Source: Styela clava (Eukaryota). Taken from it: 64,000 bases of DNA. A program made the position numbers and the translations under genes. Below the pieces are notes generated by a model. That model saw nothing but the letters and a program-made list of their open reading frames with translations. It was not told the DNA's origin and searched no databases. The stretch covers positions 7,564,001 to 7,628,000 of the forward strand of contig NC_135258.1 of assembly GCF_964204865.1 (NCBI RefSeq), given 5' to 3'. Positions 24,045-36,007 of this stretch are shown piece by piece (position 1 is the first letter of the stretch; every line of letters starts with the position of its first letter).

Positions 24045-25969
24045 ATAATTGCCAATATTTTCGAGCTTACTTTTCATTTATATATGTCTTAGCGCAACAA
24101 GTGTTAAACACAATTTCCAGTTTGAATAATTGCCAATATTTTGCAGCTTGCTTTTCATTTAAATATGTCTTAGCGCAACAAGTGTTTAACACAATTTCCA
24201 GTTTGAATAATTGCCAATATTTTCGAGCTTTTCATTTAAATATGTTTTAGCGCAACAAGTGTTTAACACAATTTCCAGTTTGAATAATTGCCAATATTTT
24301 CGAGCTTGCTTTTCATTTAAATATGTTTTAGCGCTACAAGTGTTTAACACAATTTCCAGTTTGAATAATTGCCAATATTTTGCAGCTTGCTTTTCATTTA
24401 AATATGTCTTAGCGCAACAAGTGTTTAACACAATTTCCAGTTTGAATAATTGCCAATATTTTCGAGCTTGCTTTTAATTTAAATATGTTTTAGCGCAACA
24501 AGTGTTTAACACAATTTCCAGTTTGAATAATTGCCAATATTCTCGAGCTTACTTTTCATTTAAATATGTTTTAGCGCAACAAGTGTTTAACACAATTTCC
24601 AGTTTGAATAATTGCCAATATTTTGCAGCTTGCTTTTCATTTAAATATGTCTTAGCGCAACAAGTGTTTAACACAATTTCCAGTTTGAATAATTGCCAAT
24701 ATTTTCGAGCTTGCTTTTCATTTAAATATGTTTTAGCGCTACAAGTGTTTAACACAATTTCCAGTTTGAATAATTGCCAATATTCTCGAGCTTATATTTC
24801 ATTTAAATATGTTTTAGCGCTACAAGTGTTTAACACAATTTCCAGTTTGAATAATTGCCAATATTTTCGAGCTTGCTCTTCATTTAGATATGTTGTACAA
24901 CAAGTGTTTAACACAATTTCCAGTTTGAATAATTGCCAATATTTTGCAGCTTGCTTTTCATTTAAATATGTTTTAGCGCAACAAGTGTTTAACACAATTT
25001 CCAGTTTGAATAATTGCCAATATTTTGCAGCTTACTTTTCATTTAAATATGTTTTAGCGCAACAAGTGTTTAACACAATTTCCAGTTTGAATAATTGCCA
25101 ATATTTTCGAGCTTGCTTTTCATTTAAATATGTTTTAGCGCTACAAGTGTTTAACACAATTTCCAGTTTGAATAATTGCCAATATTCTCGAGCTTACTTT
25201 TCATTTAAATATGTTTTAGCGCTACAAGTGTTTAACACAATTTCCAGTTTGAATAATTGCCAATATTTTGCAGCTTGCTTTTCATTTAAATATGTCTTAG
25301 CGCAACAAGTGTTTAACACAATTTCCAGTTTGAATAATTGCCAATATTTTCGAGCTTGCTTTTAATTTAAATATGTTTTAGCGCAACAAGTGTTTAACAC
25401 AATTTCCAGTTTGAATAATTGCCAATATTCTCGAGCTTACTTTTCATTTAAATATGTTTTAGCGCAACAAGTGTTTAACACAATTTCCAGTTTGAATAAT
25501 TGCCAATATTTTGCAGCTTGCTTTTCATTTAAATATGTCTTAGCGCAACAAGTGTTTAACACAATTTCCAGTTTGAATAATTGCCAATATTTTCGAGCTT
25601 GCTTTTCATTTAAATATGTTTTAGCGCTACAAGTGTTTAACACAATTTCCAGTTTGAATAATTGCCAATATTCTCGAGCTTACTTTTCATTTAAATATGT
25701 TTTAGCGCTACAAGTGTTTAACACAATTTCCAGTTTGAATAATTGCCAATATTTTCGAGCTTGCTCTTCATTTAGATATGTTGTACAACAAGTGTTTAAC
25801 ACAATTTCCAGTTTGAATAATTGCCAATATTTTGCAGCTTGCTTTTCATTTAAATATGTTTTAGCGCTACAAGTGTTTAACACAATTTCCAGTTTGTATA
25901 ATTGCCAATATTTTCGAGCTTGCTCTTCATTTAGATATGTTGTACAACAAGTGTTTAACACAATTTCCA
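24045..25969. repeat. Minisatellite, 24 copies of an 81-bp unit (77- and 78-bp variants)
   Basis: Unit ATAATTGCCAATATTTTCGAGCTTGCTTTTCATTTAAATATGTTTTAGCGCAACAAGTGTTTAACACAATTTCCAGTTTGA; unit starts at 24045, 24126, 24207, 24284 ... 25898. Confidence 0.97.
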
Positions 25970-26376
25970 CTAAAGTGGTAAAAACTTGTACTAAAATAAA
26001 ACCTGTGTCTCGTCACAGCCCAATAACCCTACAGAAAAGGCCATTACTCCGCTTATCACTATTTTCAATCTATTTCACATGATTATGGAATGTTTTATGC
26101 TATTTCCTAATCTCTGATCTATTTTAGGTGACTATGGAATGTTTTATTCTATTGATGTTGATATGCAAAAGTTTCATATAATGTGTCATATGTATTTACC
26201 ACTTTTTTTATTTCCATATGTTAGTATTTTGCCAATTCATTGCTACAGAAGAGAATATATAATAATAAGAGTAATTATCACCTAATTTGCATTTTACGTT
26301 AATTTTTTTCTCAAGGTGTACCAATAGTATTTCTTATGTAAAATATACGAGTTACTAAATAACGATTAGTTTGAAA

Positions 26377-29300
26377 ATGGAAACAGAAGATGAAATATCT
26401 CAAAAAGAGAAAGATTTAGCCGAACAGTTGAAGGCAGTTTGTACACCCTTCGGTGATGAAAGGCGATCAAAACTAAAGGAATCAACTGATATTTTGTTTG
26501 AAATTGGCAAGTTATATCTTGAAAAAGCAAAGTCATCAACAGAAATGAAACAAAAACTTGATTTTATAAAATGTTCTGCTTTATTACACGGTGCCAGAGT
26601 TCGATATGAAAGAATATTATATGATATAAAAGGAAAGAAGAAGGTTCATGAGCTCTTGGTTTCTTTGGATGAAATTTTATTTGTAGCTTGCAAAGGAAAT
26701 AAGTGTGATAAGAGTCTGTTTGAAATTTCTTCTGTTGTTGCTGGAAAATTTAAATATTTGAGAGAAGCTGAAAAGCAAGATTTAAACAGTTTGAGAATCA
26801 TTGATGAAAATCTTCCAGAGAATGAATGTCACCAACAACAATTAATTAAAATTGACGTGATAAAAGATTTAATGAAAAAGAACACAAAGAATTATATAAG
26901 TTTGATGAATTATATCGCTGAATATTGCCTACGGATACTTGGCAATTCTCTCTGTCCTTTTGCTATAGTCGGTTTGGGATCTTTAGCTCGCGAGGAAATA
27001 ACTTTATATTCTGATTTTGAACATGTAATAATTCTTGAAGACGGTATTGATGATTCTCCAAATTATGATGAAGTGAAGGAATATTTCAGATGGTTTGCTG
27101 TGATATTTGAGATTATTATAATTGGTTTGGGGGAGACTATAATCAGAAGTGTTGGCGTGAAGAGTATCAACGATTTGTATTCAGAAGACAAAAGCAAAAA
27201 CTGGTTTTATGATATGTTCACACCAAGTGGTATTGCATTTGATGGTATGGTTCCTCATTCATGCAATACACCACTAGGTAGACAAGAACCAACAAAAAAT
27301 CACAAGCACAAAGTTGAACTGATTCAACCTGTCAGTAAAATGGCTTCATATTTAACATCGGATGAAGACATCAAAAATGGTTACTATTTGAAAGATGTAT
27401 TGTCTCGTACTTGTTTTGTATTTGGTAACGAAGAGTTGTATTTGAATTTTAAGGAAAAATCCAGACATATCTTAGATGGCCAACCAAAACAAGAAATTGC
27501 TACTGATATTCTTAAGCATGTAAGAGAGAATGTCAACCAAGGTGTTAAATCTAAAATTCGAACACATATCAGCGCATCATATGAATTAGATAGCAAAGTC
27601 AATTTTTACAGACCGTTTGCAGTGTTGTTGGGTTACTGGGCTCGATTTTTTAAGTTGAAAGAAGAATCCAGTTTTGAAATTATCGTAAAATCAAAATTCA
27701 ATGAGACGTATCATCATCCAACCATGTATGGCTTTGCTGTTGCTTGTGAAGCAAGATTGAAGCTTTACAGTCGTTGTGAGGGAAATCGAAAGTCATCAGA
27801 AAATATTCTAAATTATATCGGTAAAAATTGTGCCATCAATTGTATATCAATTATTTTGCATCTTGCAGATTCGATAGTGAATTTGGAAAAACGTTATATA
27901 AAAGGTGAATTACTGACCCATGTTTTTCCTGGACCTTCTCCATGTCCGGGTGCATTTGATGGCTCTTCACTGTCGCTTTTATCATTAGGTTTTCTTGAAG
28001 AAGCCCGGGTTAAATTTGAACTGGAGAAATCTTTGCTTGATGAAGATCCATGGAAAGATAGGTTTCCCTATGCTGGTGTACTTCTTCCACTTGCCATTAC
28101 GTACTACCAACTTCACGATAGGTCTGAGGATGTGAATTATTTCAGAAAGGCTGAAAAAGAGATTGAGTGTTTATTAGCAATAGATGAAGATAGTTCAGAA
28201 TCTTTCCTCATTTGTACCATGTTACTGGAAATATATTTTGATTCTGAACGTTATGAAGAAGTTCTAACTCTTGTGGAAAAGTGGTTTAAAAAGGATACTG
28301 TAAAAGATAAAGGCATCACTTTCTATTTACGATTGAGGCAATTCTCAGCTATGGGATTATTAAAAAAGCCAAATGAAATGCTCAATTTTTGCTTGGGAGA
28401 AATTTCAAAGCATGAGGATGATGTTTCACAGTTGCTTTTTCAATTTGGTTCTGCTTTATTTTATATTGACTTGAAGAAAGACGTGCAAGGCAAAGATATA
28501 TTGAGCAAATTATCCGATTCTGTGATGCAAATGAGAGGTGTTCCCAAGGTGGCGGTATTGATTTTCATGTCGTTTGTTTTTAGGACTCAAATGAAGAATG
28601 ACTGGTGGGGAGATGCCTTTATGACATTAGAGAGGTCCAGAATAATACAGGAGTCGCAGATGCAATTGGTTGATGTCGCACATGCCGGTGGGGCTTTAGT
28701 ATGCCCTGATGCTGCCTTGTGCTATACTATAATAGCCAAACATTTTATGCCTGAAGCCAAAAGACCAGAAGTTCTAAACAGAGTGATCGAAATTTGCCGT
28801 CGTCCTGAAAATTTGGTAGTCTGCGTCAAGCATTACCAATATGCTCTCACCTTAATGTTGACTTTAGAGAGCCAAAACTTGGAAGTATTTGATATCAAAG
28901 CATTTAACACAGCATTATCAGAAGCACCGCATGTTGTTATAAGTGACATTACTTTACAAAGTACCGCTTTAAGAAAAGAACTTATTCTTCTTGATTATTA
29001 TCAAGAACAAATATCAAATGGAAAGATCATGGATATTTTTCCCTTGGTTATTTCATTTCTTCACACGTTTAATTTCAATCTTTCCCACCCTTTGCTATCT
29101 GTCAGTATAAATGCACTTTTCATTTCTCTCATAGATGCCTTGGCATTGTTGATATGTCCAGGCGATGGCCAACAAGTAATAAACAGCTTTAATGTTTGCT
29201 TTTGTGTTGAACGACTGCAAGTTTTTCAAATATTTTATGATACATTAATGCTGGAATTAAAACATGAATTAAACCACAGTTCAAATTTCTTTTGGAAAAA

Positions 29301-29667
29301 AGTGCGATCACACCTAACTGTCAATAAACAATACATTTATAAATTGTTGAATCTTGTTATCAAAGCTGTGTCTATTGATAAATGGGGCCAAACTCAAAAA
29401 ATGATAGAGGATTATGCTAATAGGATACTAATAACTGGTCCCAGTGACCCTATTGAATCTAAATACAATTTTGCTATTGCTAATTACCATGTATGCAATT
29501 TTCCTGTTGCTGCAAAATGCTTGTGGGAGGTTATTTGTCAGGTAAAAAAAGGTGACATTCTCCACATTAGAGCTATTGTAACTCTACTGTTTGCTGTAAT
29601 ATTGCACATGAGATCATTTGGCTATATGGTAGATTTTGGCCCAAAGTATATTTCATTGTGCCTGTAA
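26377..29667 (+). CDS. Nucleotidyltransferase + helical/TPR-like protein, paralogue B (divergent C-terminal two thirds)
   Basis: ATG at 26377; FAIVGLGSLAREEITLYSDFEHVIIL; C-terminal KYNFAIANYHVCNFPVAAKCLWEVI aligns with the TPR-like motif of A. Confidence 0.8.
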   Translation: METEDEISQKEKDLAEQLKAVCTPFGDERRSKLKESTDILFEIGKLYLEKAKSSTEMKQKLDFIKCSALLHGARVRYERILYDIKGKKKVHELLVSLDEILFVACKGNKCDKSLFEISSVVAGKFKYLREAEKQDLNSLRIIDENLPENECHQQQLIKIDVIKDLMKKNTKNYISLMNYIAEYCLRILGNSLCPFAIVGLGSLAREEITLYSDFEHVIILEDGIDDSPNYDEVKEYFRWFAVIFEIIIIGLGETIIRSVGVKSINDLYSEDKSKNWFYDMFTPSGIAFDGMVPHSCNTPLGRQEPTKNHKHKVELIQPVSKMASYLTSDEDIKNGYYLKDVLSRTCFVFGNEELYLNFKEKSRHILDGQPKQEIATDILKHVRENVNQGVKSKIRTHISASYELDSKVNFYRPFAVLLGYWARFFKLKEESSFEIIVKSKFNETYHHPTMYGFAVACEARLKLYSRCEGNRKSSENILNYIGKNCAINCISIILHLADSIVNLEKRYIKGELLTHVFPGPSPCPGAFDGSSLSLLSLGFLEEARVKFELEKSLLDEDPWKDRFPYAGVLLPLAITYYQLHDRSEDVNYFRKAEKEIECLLAIDEDSSESFLICTMLLEIYFDSERYEEVLTLVEKWFKKDTVKDKGITFYLRLRQFSAMGLLKKPNEMLNFCLGEISKHEDDVSQLLFQFGSALFYIDLKKDVQGKDILSKLSDSVMQMRGVPKVAVLIFMSFVFRTQMKNDWWGDAFMTLERSRIIQESQMQLVDVAHAGGALVCPDAALCYTIIAKHFMPEAKRPEVLNRVIEICRRPENLVVCVKHYQYALTLMLTLESQNLEVFDIKAFNTALSEAPHVVISDITLQSTALRKELILLDYYQEQISNGKIMDIFPLVISFLHTFNFNLSHPLLSVSINALFISLIDALALLICPGDGQQVINSFNVCFCVERLQVFQIFYDTLMLELKHELNHSSNFFWKKVRSHLTVNKQYIYKLLNLVIKAVSIDKWGQTQKMIEDYANRILITGPSDPIESKYNFAIANYHVCNFPVAAKCLWEVICQVKKGDILHIRAIVTLLFAVILHMRSFGYMVDFGPKYISLCL

Positions 29668-29887
29668 CAATTTTGATTTTATTGGCCCTTTGTGTTGCAA
29701 ATATTTATTTAACAGTTAACAATTATGAAATATTTCCATTCAATCCATATATGCAACTCTTTAGAACAAGTTATTCCTATGTGATCAAGTACAATTTGTT
29801 CCCAGTGTAATACTTTGTCAATAGCAATATTTTTCTTTTTAGAAATGTATATGTAATATTAAAGACCACTCGTATTGGATATTGAAA

Positions 29888-31171
29888 ATGTCCCAACGTA
29901 ATTCGAATACGCCTTTGGACGTTAACAAACAACCAAAGAAACCTGCACCTCCGATCCCCACACCCAGGAATGCTTCATGTTCACCACTCTCAGGTAATGC
30001 AAATGGAATCACTGTCAGAAAGCAGAAAACGCCAAGACAAACAAAAAGTGAAGATGCAGCAAAGGTGATTAAAATGAATGGGGAAATTTTAAGATATCGA
30101 AAAAATCTTCAAGAAGGTTTTAAAAATTCAAATAATGTGAATGATAATTCACAACAAAAAGATGCTGATTTGATAAAAGTCGATGAAATTCAAACATTAA
30201 AAAAAGATTTGCAAGATTTATTAGAGAAGAATACTCAATGGCAAGTATACAATGAGCAAAGGGAAGATTATGTACGAAGTTTGCATGAAAAGTATAATAC
30301 TTTGCAACACCAATGTCATCATATGCATGAAAGAATTGCTTCATTAACAGACAATCCAAATCAGTTATCTGAGCAGCAACGAAAATATTATGATGGCCTG
30401 CTAGTGGAAGCACGGCAGCATCTTCAAGTGAGTCGTGACGAAGCGACACAATGGAAACAAGAGTTGGAAATAGCTAGCAAGAAATTTGAAGATGAAAAAC
30501 TCAAGCTAAGAAGGGAATTAGAACATTGGAGAGTCAAATATGATCGAGAAAGAAATGCAAATATGAGTTTACAAAAGGAAATGGAAAGACACAAAAAACA
30601 GAATTACGATAGTTACAACAAAGAAAACTTGGATGAAATATCAATACTGAAAATGGAAATGGGAAAATGTAGGGAAGACTTCAAACTAGAACGCCAGAGG
30701 AGAGAAGATATTGAAAGAAGATTAAATGGCCTTCAAAAGAAATTTAGAGATTCAGAAATTTCCTCCCAAAAGAAAAGATCTGATCATTTGATGGAGTATG
30801 AACGTGATAGAACATACATTCCTAATACATCTCATGATGCTGCACGAAATTGTCACGTTTCTCCACCTAAAGTTAAAAAAATTACAATCAGTCATGAAAA
30901 ATCGCAAAGTAGGATGCATAAAGAACGAAAATCTTATCCTGCAGAACCTTTACCATATTCTTCTAGACATGAGAGACCACACAAGGAAAGGTCAACGACA
31001 AAAAGGGAAGACAGAACCGGAAAATTGAAGCAAAATAAAAAATTAAATCAAACTTATAGTGAGTTTGGACATCATCATGCTGCTGAGGAATTAAAATGTC
31101 CGAATTGTGGGAAAGTATATGGGGTAGAGGAACATGAGTTTTTATTGATACACATTGATTCTTGTGTGTAG
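29888..31171 (+). CDS. CEP55/TNIP2-like coiled-coil protein (EABR-like, UBAN-like, C-terminal UBZ zinc finger)
   Basis: LLEKNTQWQVYNEQREDYVRSL (cf. CEP55 LEKNQQWLVYDQQREVYVKGL), CREDFKLER, CPNCGKVY..EEHEFLLIHIDSC. CEP55 versus TNIP2 orthology not resolved. Confidence 0.75.
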   Translation: MSQRNSNTPLDVNKQPKKPAPPIPTPRNASCSPLSGNANGITVRKQKTPRQTKSEDAAKVIKMNGEILRYRKNLQEGFKNSNNVNDNSQQKDADLIKVDEIQTLKKDLQDLLEKNTQWQVYNEQREDYVRSLHEKYNTLQHQCHHMHERIASLTDNPNQLSEQQRKYYDGLLVEARQHLQVSRDEATQWKQELEIASKKFEDEKLKLRRELEHWRVKYDRERNANMSLQKEMERHKKQNYDSYNKENLDEISILKMEMGKCREDFKLERQRREDIERRLNGLQKKFRDSEISSQKKRSDHLMEYERDRTYIPNTSHDAARNCHVSPPKVKKITISHEKSQSRMHKERKSYPAEPLPYSSRHERPHKERSTTKREDRTGKLKQNKKLNQTYSEFGHHHAAEELKCPNCGKVYGVEEHEFLLIHIDSCV

Positions 31172-32285
31172 CACTCCTTACTCATACACTATATAGTTCC
31201 ATTCTCAACTAAAAATGTAGCTGCGTGCCACAATCATTTTAGTACCACATTCATAAATTCATAGCTATGTCAATAATAGAAAAGAAGTTGGATTACCAAT
31301 CAATAATTGCTTCTTGATGCAGATGATTAGAAAATATTTATCATAGCTTTGCCGGATAAAATATTGCTTGAACCAAAAGCTACTCGTAGTATGGATAAAA
31401 AAAGTTAGAAGTAATAGAATTTAAATTTGTATAAATCCTAGAAAGAAACAAAGTATGTAATCTTTATTTCATGTGTCATCAAGACGAGTCTTGATTTGTG
31501 TATTTCAGTAGCTTCCTTCTTCGCAGAGGGTAACTGATTCAAATCCTGAATCCAAATCATAAGTTCACCTTGTATAAGGGATGGTTCCGGACTTCTTTGC
31601 ATACAACATGCTTCATTTTTTTTTTGCAAAAAATAATACAGTTCGGGTATTAATATTTATTCTCCGTATGAATAAAATAAGGTAAAATTTTGAAATTGCA
31701 AAAATGATTTATTTGTTACACTGCATTTTTGGTGTTTGTACTTGTTCTGATGTTTATTTTAACTTGGATTGAGTTTTTCAGGATTTTTTTTATTCAGAGT
31801 ATTGCTGTCTTGTTGTTTTAAAAGATCGCAAACACTTTGTTCACATTTTTATTTCTGTTTCGAGAATTTTACCGCACTTTTTTTGCTGCTTTTGTTAAGT
31901 TTCATATTTGCTAAGACAGGGGTCACCGTTGTTGTTTCTTTTATATGTGAAATTTTACTGTTTTATTCCATATTTAGCATAAACGCTGCCAATTCTTCAC
32001 TGCCTTTTTTATTACAAATACATTTGCAATGAATATTTTGAGACCACCTGTAGATTTAGATAATGAAAAATTTGAATACATGATTTTTGGTGTTATCTAC
32101 TTGGTTCATTTTTACCTTGTCCAGAAAACAACTCGATGGGATGTTTTGATTTTCTGGTGGAGGAAAAATAAAAATGTTACTTTAGATTTATTATATATTT
32201 GGTAGAATTTTTATTTGAATTAAGTCACTGAAAATATTATTTTATATCTTTGTATTCAGTCAAAAATATAATAAAATTATTGGTC

Positions 32286-34452
32286 ATGGACGACGTTGGG
32301 CATAAAAAACGAAGGCACGATACACATTATGGGTCTTCTGATTACCATCCTCGTTACAAGAAACACAACATGGGAAACCAAAGGGATGATTGGAGATCAG
32401 GTTTGTGATATAATATAAGGACTTCAAATTGAATTTACGAAGCAAACTCAAAATCTATTGGAACTCAAAAGAATTAATCTGGACAATATGGGCTTAGTAA
32501 ATTTGAAGTGCCTAATATTTGTTTGCTGACCTTTGATCCAGGAAACGGATATCAGTATTCTCCACAGTTGATTTTGAACTAAAATCTTTCAATTAAAATA
32601 AGTTCATTTCTTTTCACTTGGCACCATTGTAAATTTTACAGGTCAAAATTTTCGTGACAAAGATCGCTACAATGAACGACAAGAAAGAAATCGTGGTGGG
32701 AATAACCAGTACAGAGATAATTCCGATTCAATATGGGATGTTGAGGTTTGCTTTGAGTATTCATCTATGTATTATTATTGGTTTATTACAATGTATATGT
32801 CATAGCTGAATTGGTGTGTTTTTTTAATATCGGTTTCATGATTCTCAGATGATGGATTCTAAAATGTTCTTGACAATTCAAAATGCAGTATTTCATATAA
32901 ATTTTCACTTAAAAAACTCAGAAATAACAATAATTATACATAAAATTTAAAATTGAATGAAATGACTTTATATATTTTCAGATCAATCTTATTGGGCAGA
33001 AAGATCCTAATCCAATGATACATCTCTGTGATACATGCAGACTGCCCATAAGAAGTTATGGACGATTGGTAAGGATATCGCCCTTGTTATATGAATTGAC
33101 CAGCGGATTTGTAACTTAATATGGAGAGTTATAGGAGATATGAAAATGTGGATAGGGTATTTTGAACCTTGCTTTGGTATTAATTGAATCGGAAAACTAG
33201 TCCTGAACTGGTAATTCGACATGATATCATGGTTTATCATATAATTAGGCCTTTATGTTGGATATTTTCCAGTAAAGTACTTCTGTAAATTAGTTGGTGC
33301 TTCATAGAAATGGAGTTTTCCAAACCTCAATTCACCACCATTATTCTTTATATAACCATTATTTTTAGATTCCTTGCAAACATGTTTTCTGCTTCAAATG
33401 TGCAAAAAAGACAGACAAGAATTGTCCAAGGTGGGTTAGATGTTTGAACATTTGTTGTAATAGCACCATTAAGCCCAGATGGATTCATTTTTAAAAAGAA
33501 TGGTTGCAATTCTGTGCTTGCTAACTATTCTATACTATTTTTAACGATCAGTAACAATGCATCAGATCGTTTTTTGCGAGTGGCAAGATTGGTGGAGCTA
33601 CCTGATCGGTTCGCTAACACATATTTGCTAATTACCAGTTACCGCTATTAATTTTTTCCATCCTTCTGAGCACGAAGTGGACCTGGGATTCTAATTGCAA
33701 AATTCTGTTCGCTGTTATGATTTTTGTTGCTGGATAATATTGCTGTTGTCTGCAACTAACTTCAATGTGCCTGAAAAAGATGGAAGATGTCGCAAGAAGA
33801 TTTACTTATTTTATCTTCACTAATTTAACAGTTTTATAGGTCCGTATATTTCAACCACTATTGAACCATTTATTTTCATTATAGATGTGGAGATGAAGTT
33901 CATCGTATTGAACAATGTCGTCATGGCACAGTTTGGATGTGTGGTGTTTCAAACTGCAGCAGAACATACTTATCACAAAGAGATTTACAAGCTCACATAA
34001 ATCACCGCCATGACAAGCCGCCTCCTCCACCAACTTTACCTACTGTTCCTATGCCACCATTGACAGCAGGAGGGATACTGGTGCCACCTCCTCCAGTATC
34101 TACAATCCCGCTCCAAAACCTTCCGCCAGTTCCTTCCCCTTATGTCCTAATGCCGAATGTTTCTACAAATCAGCCCCCTCCATCAATTATTCCTCAGCCT
34201 GCCGATCAAACAATCCCATCATCTCAGCCTATGGACATGCTTACTCGTCCAAGCAGCAATCTAATAACAATTCAAATTCAGGATGATCAACAAAATATCA
34301 TCAATTACAATCAACCCCCTCCCCAAGCACAGCAGTCTGTAACATACACTTCAACAGCAAACCAACAACCCCCAGGATCGAACAGCCAAAACAATGCTCA
34401 ATGGCTGCCACCCCGTTCTAATAGATCACAAAATCATTCGTCTAATTACTAA
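32286..34452 (+). CDS. CBLL1: E3 ubiquitin ligase Hakai; exons 32286-32400, 32642-32745, 32982-33068, 33369-33430, 33885-34452
   Basis: Spliced translation with phase-compatible GT-AG introns gives [43 protein letters not shown]...[19 protein letters not shown] and a Pro-rich tail. Confidence 0.93.
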
Positions 34453-36007
34453 GTATTTGTTATTCTTGCGTGTGAAAAACTTGTTTCAAAGCGAATTCTC
34501 AGCATAGATGTTTTGGGTCACGACTTAGACCTATGAATCGCGTTTGCTAATGAGTAGTCATGTTGGTCTGGGGACAAAGAATCATCATCTTTCAACTACT
34601 GGCAAGATGCTTTCAAATTTTCAGTAGTCTAATTGGAAATGTCTATTAAAATTGTTTCCATTTTCTTTAGGCTTCTTTCAGCCTGTTATTCACTCACTCG
34701 TTATTTCTCTAAATAATTGCATCACCAAATTAAATGCACATTCAGTTTTTCCTTCCCATGTAATTGTGTTGCATGTAATGTTTTTTTTTTCATGCAATAA
34801 ATTGCAATGTTTTGGATATTGTTTTCACAACATTCTGAATCAATAAAATATTTGTTTTCTACATGTTTCAATCATTATTGTGTGTGCTTTCCTCTATAAC
34901 AAACAAGACTTTGTCAAACCTTCTTGGTCCGACAAGTTCAGACTATTTGCGTTTTAGAAATCAAGGTTCCAGTGTGCAAACCGATTATGCGTGATCACTG
35001 AAAAGCGAACCATTATGGATCAAAACAATTCGATGAAGTTTGTGGGTTCTCATTTATTTGATGCACAAAGATTTTTATTGCATCAGAAATATGCAGTTTA
35101 TGCAGTCACATACCCTGCTCCCAAATCAAGTGACTTCCGTGAAGTTTATTTGATTAGTCACTGATTTGCTGAAACCATATTGTTCTTCTACAACTCATAT
35201 TTCACCGTAAATACTATGTACCGAGAAAGGTTTACAAAAGGTCCTATCAAACCATGATGGTCCATGAGGTAACGTTTCAGGCTTTTCATCAGAATGCGCA
35301 CACATACTCAGCTCCTAAAATAAGGGACTTCCACAAGGCTGTAGTTTAATTGCTTAGTGTCATGGTCACTGACTCGCTAAGACCATTTTGACAGTGTTGT
35401 TTCTCTACTATTCAAATTACACTGTGAATGCTATGTACTGAGAAAGGTATGTTTACAAACCTATCGAACAATGAGGTAACATTAGGCGGTTCAGGTAACG
35501 AGTTTGATTTTAAGCTGCTTAATAATAATATACAGTAAATTGATAGGACGCTTGGGCATATTATATTCAACACTGTAGCGACATATTTCAGTACCATGAC
35601 GGTGAACTTCAAATCCTAAATCCACATGCCATCCTGTGGTCCTAGGAGTCTGTATACCGCGAACCTAGTCTTAAGAAATTTCTATACTTCCATTCCGGTC
35701 TATACTATAATAAATTTTGTTTGGCTTGGCCTCCTATTTTTCAGTTCCAACTAGCCTAAACTATCGTAATTTAAACCCAAAAGCTTTGGTGGAGATTTTA
35801 TTATAAAACAGTGCAGAGACAAAAAATATGATTGTAGAAAACTACCATCAGGATTTGAACTTACACACAGGATTGTGAGCGAAATGTTCTATCGTCCCTG
35901 TACTGTCATCACAGCTACATACGGAGATTGTTTGCAAGTTACTAGAATGAACAGCACGCATAGATCCAAGATCTGCCTAGATTTTGTGGCTCATTTTTCT
36001 TTTTTGA

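Noticed and set aside
24045-25969. CRISPR array or 27-aa repeat protein (ORFs 24502-25365, 25390-26082)
   Set aside because: Units are contiguous with no unique spacers and there are no cas genes. The ORFs arise because 81 is a multiple of 3, and they are broken by stops and a 4-bp deletion.
19395-29667. Bacterial contamination or viral/Polinton insertion explaining the long intronless ORFs
   Set aside because: No viral or prokaryotic hallmark genes; base composition matches the neighbours and the spacers contain host MITEs.
35335-35900. tRNA-derived SINE remnants (A-box-like ~35340, B-box-like ~35850 on minus)
   Set aside because: Motifs are degenerate, on opposite strands and without definable boundaries.
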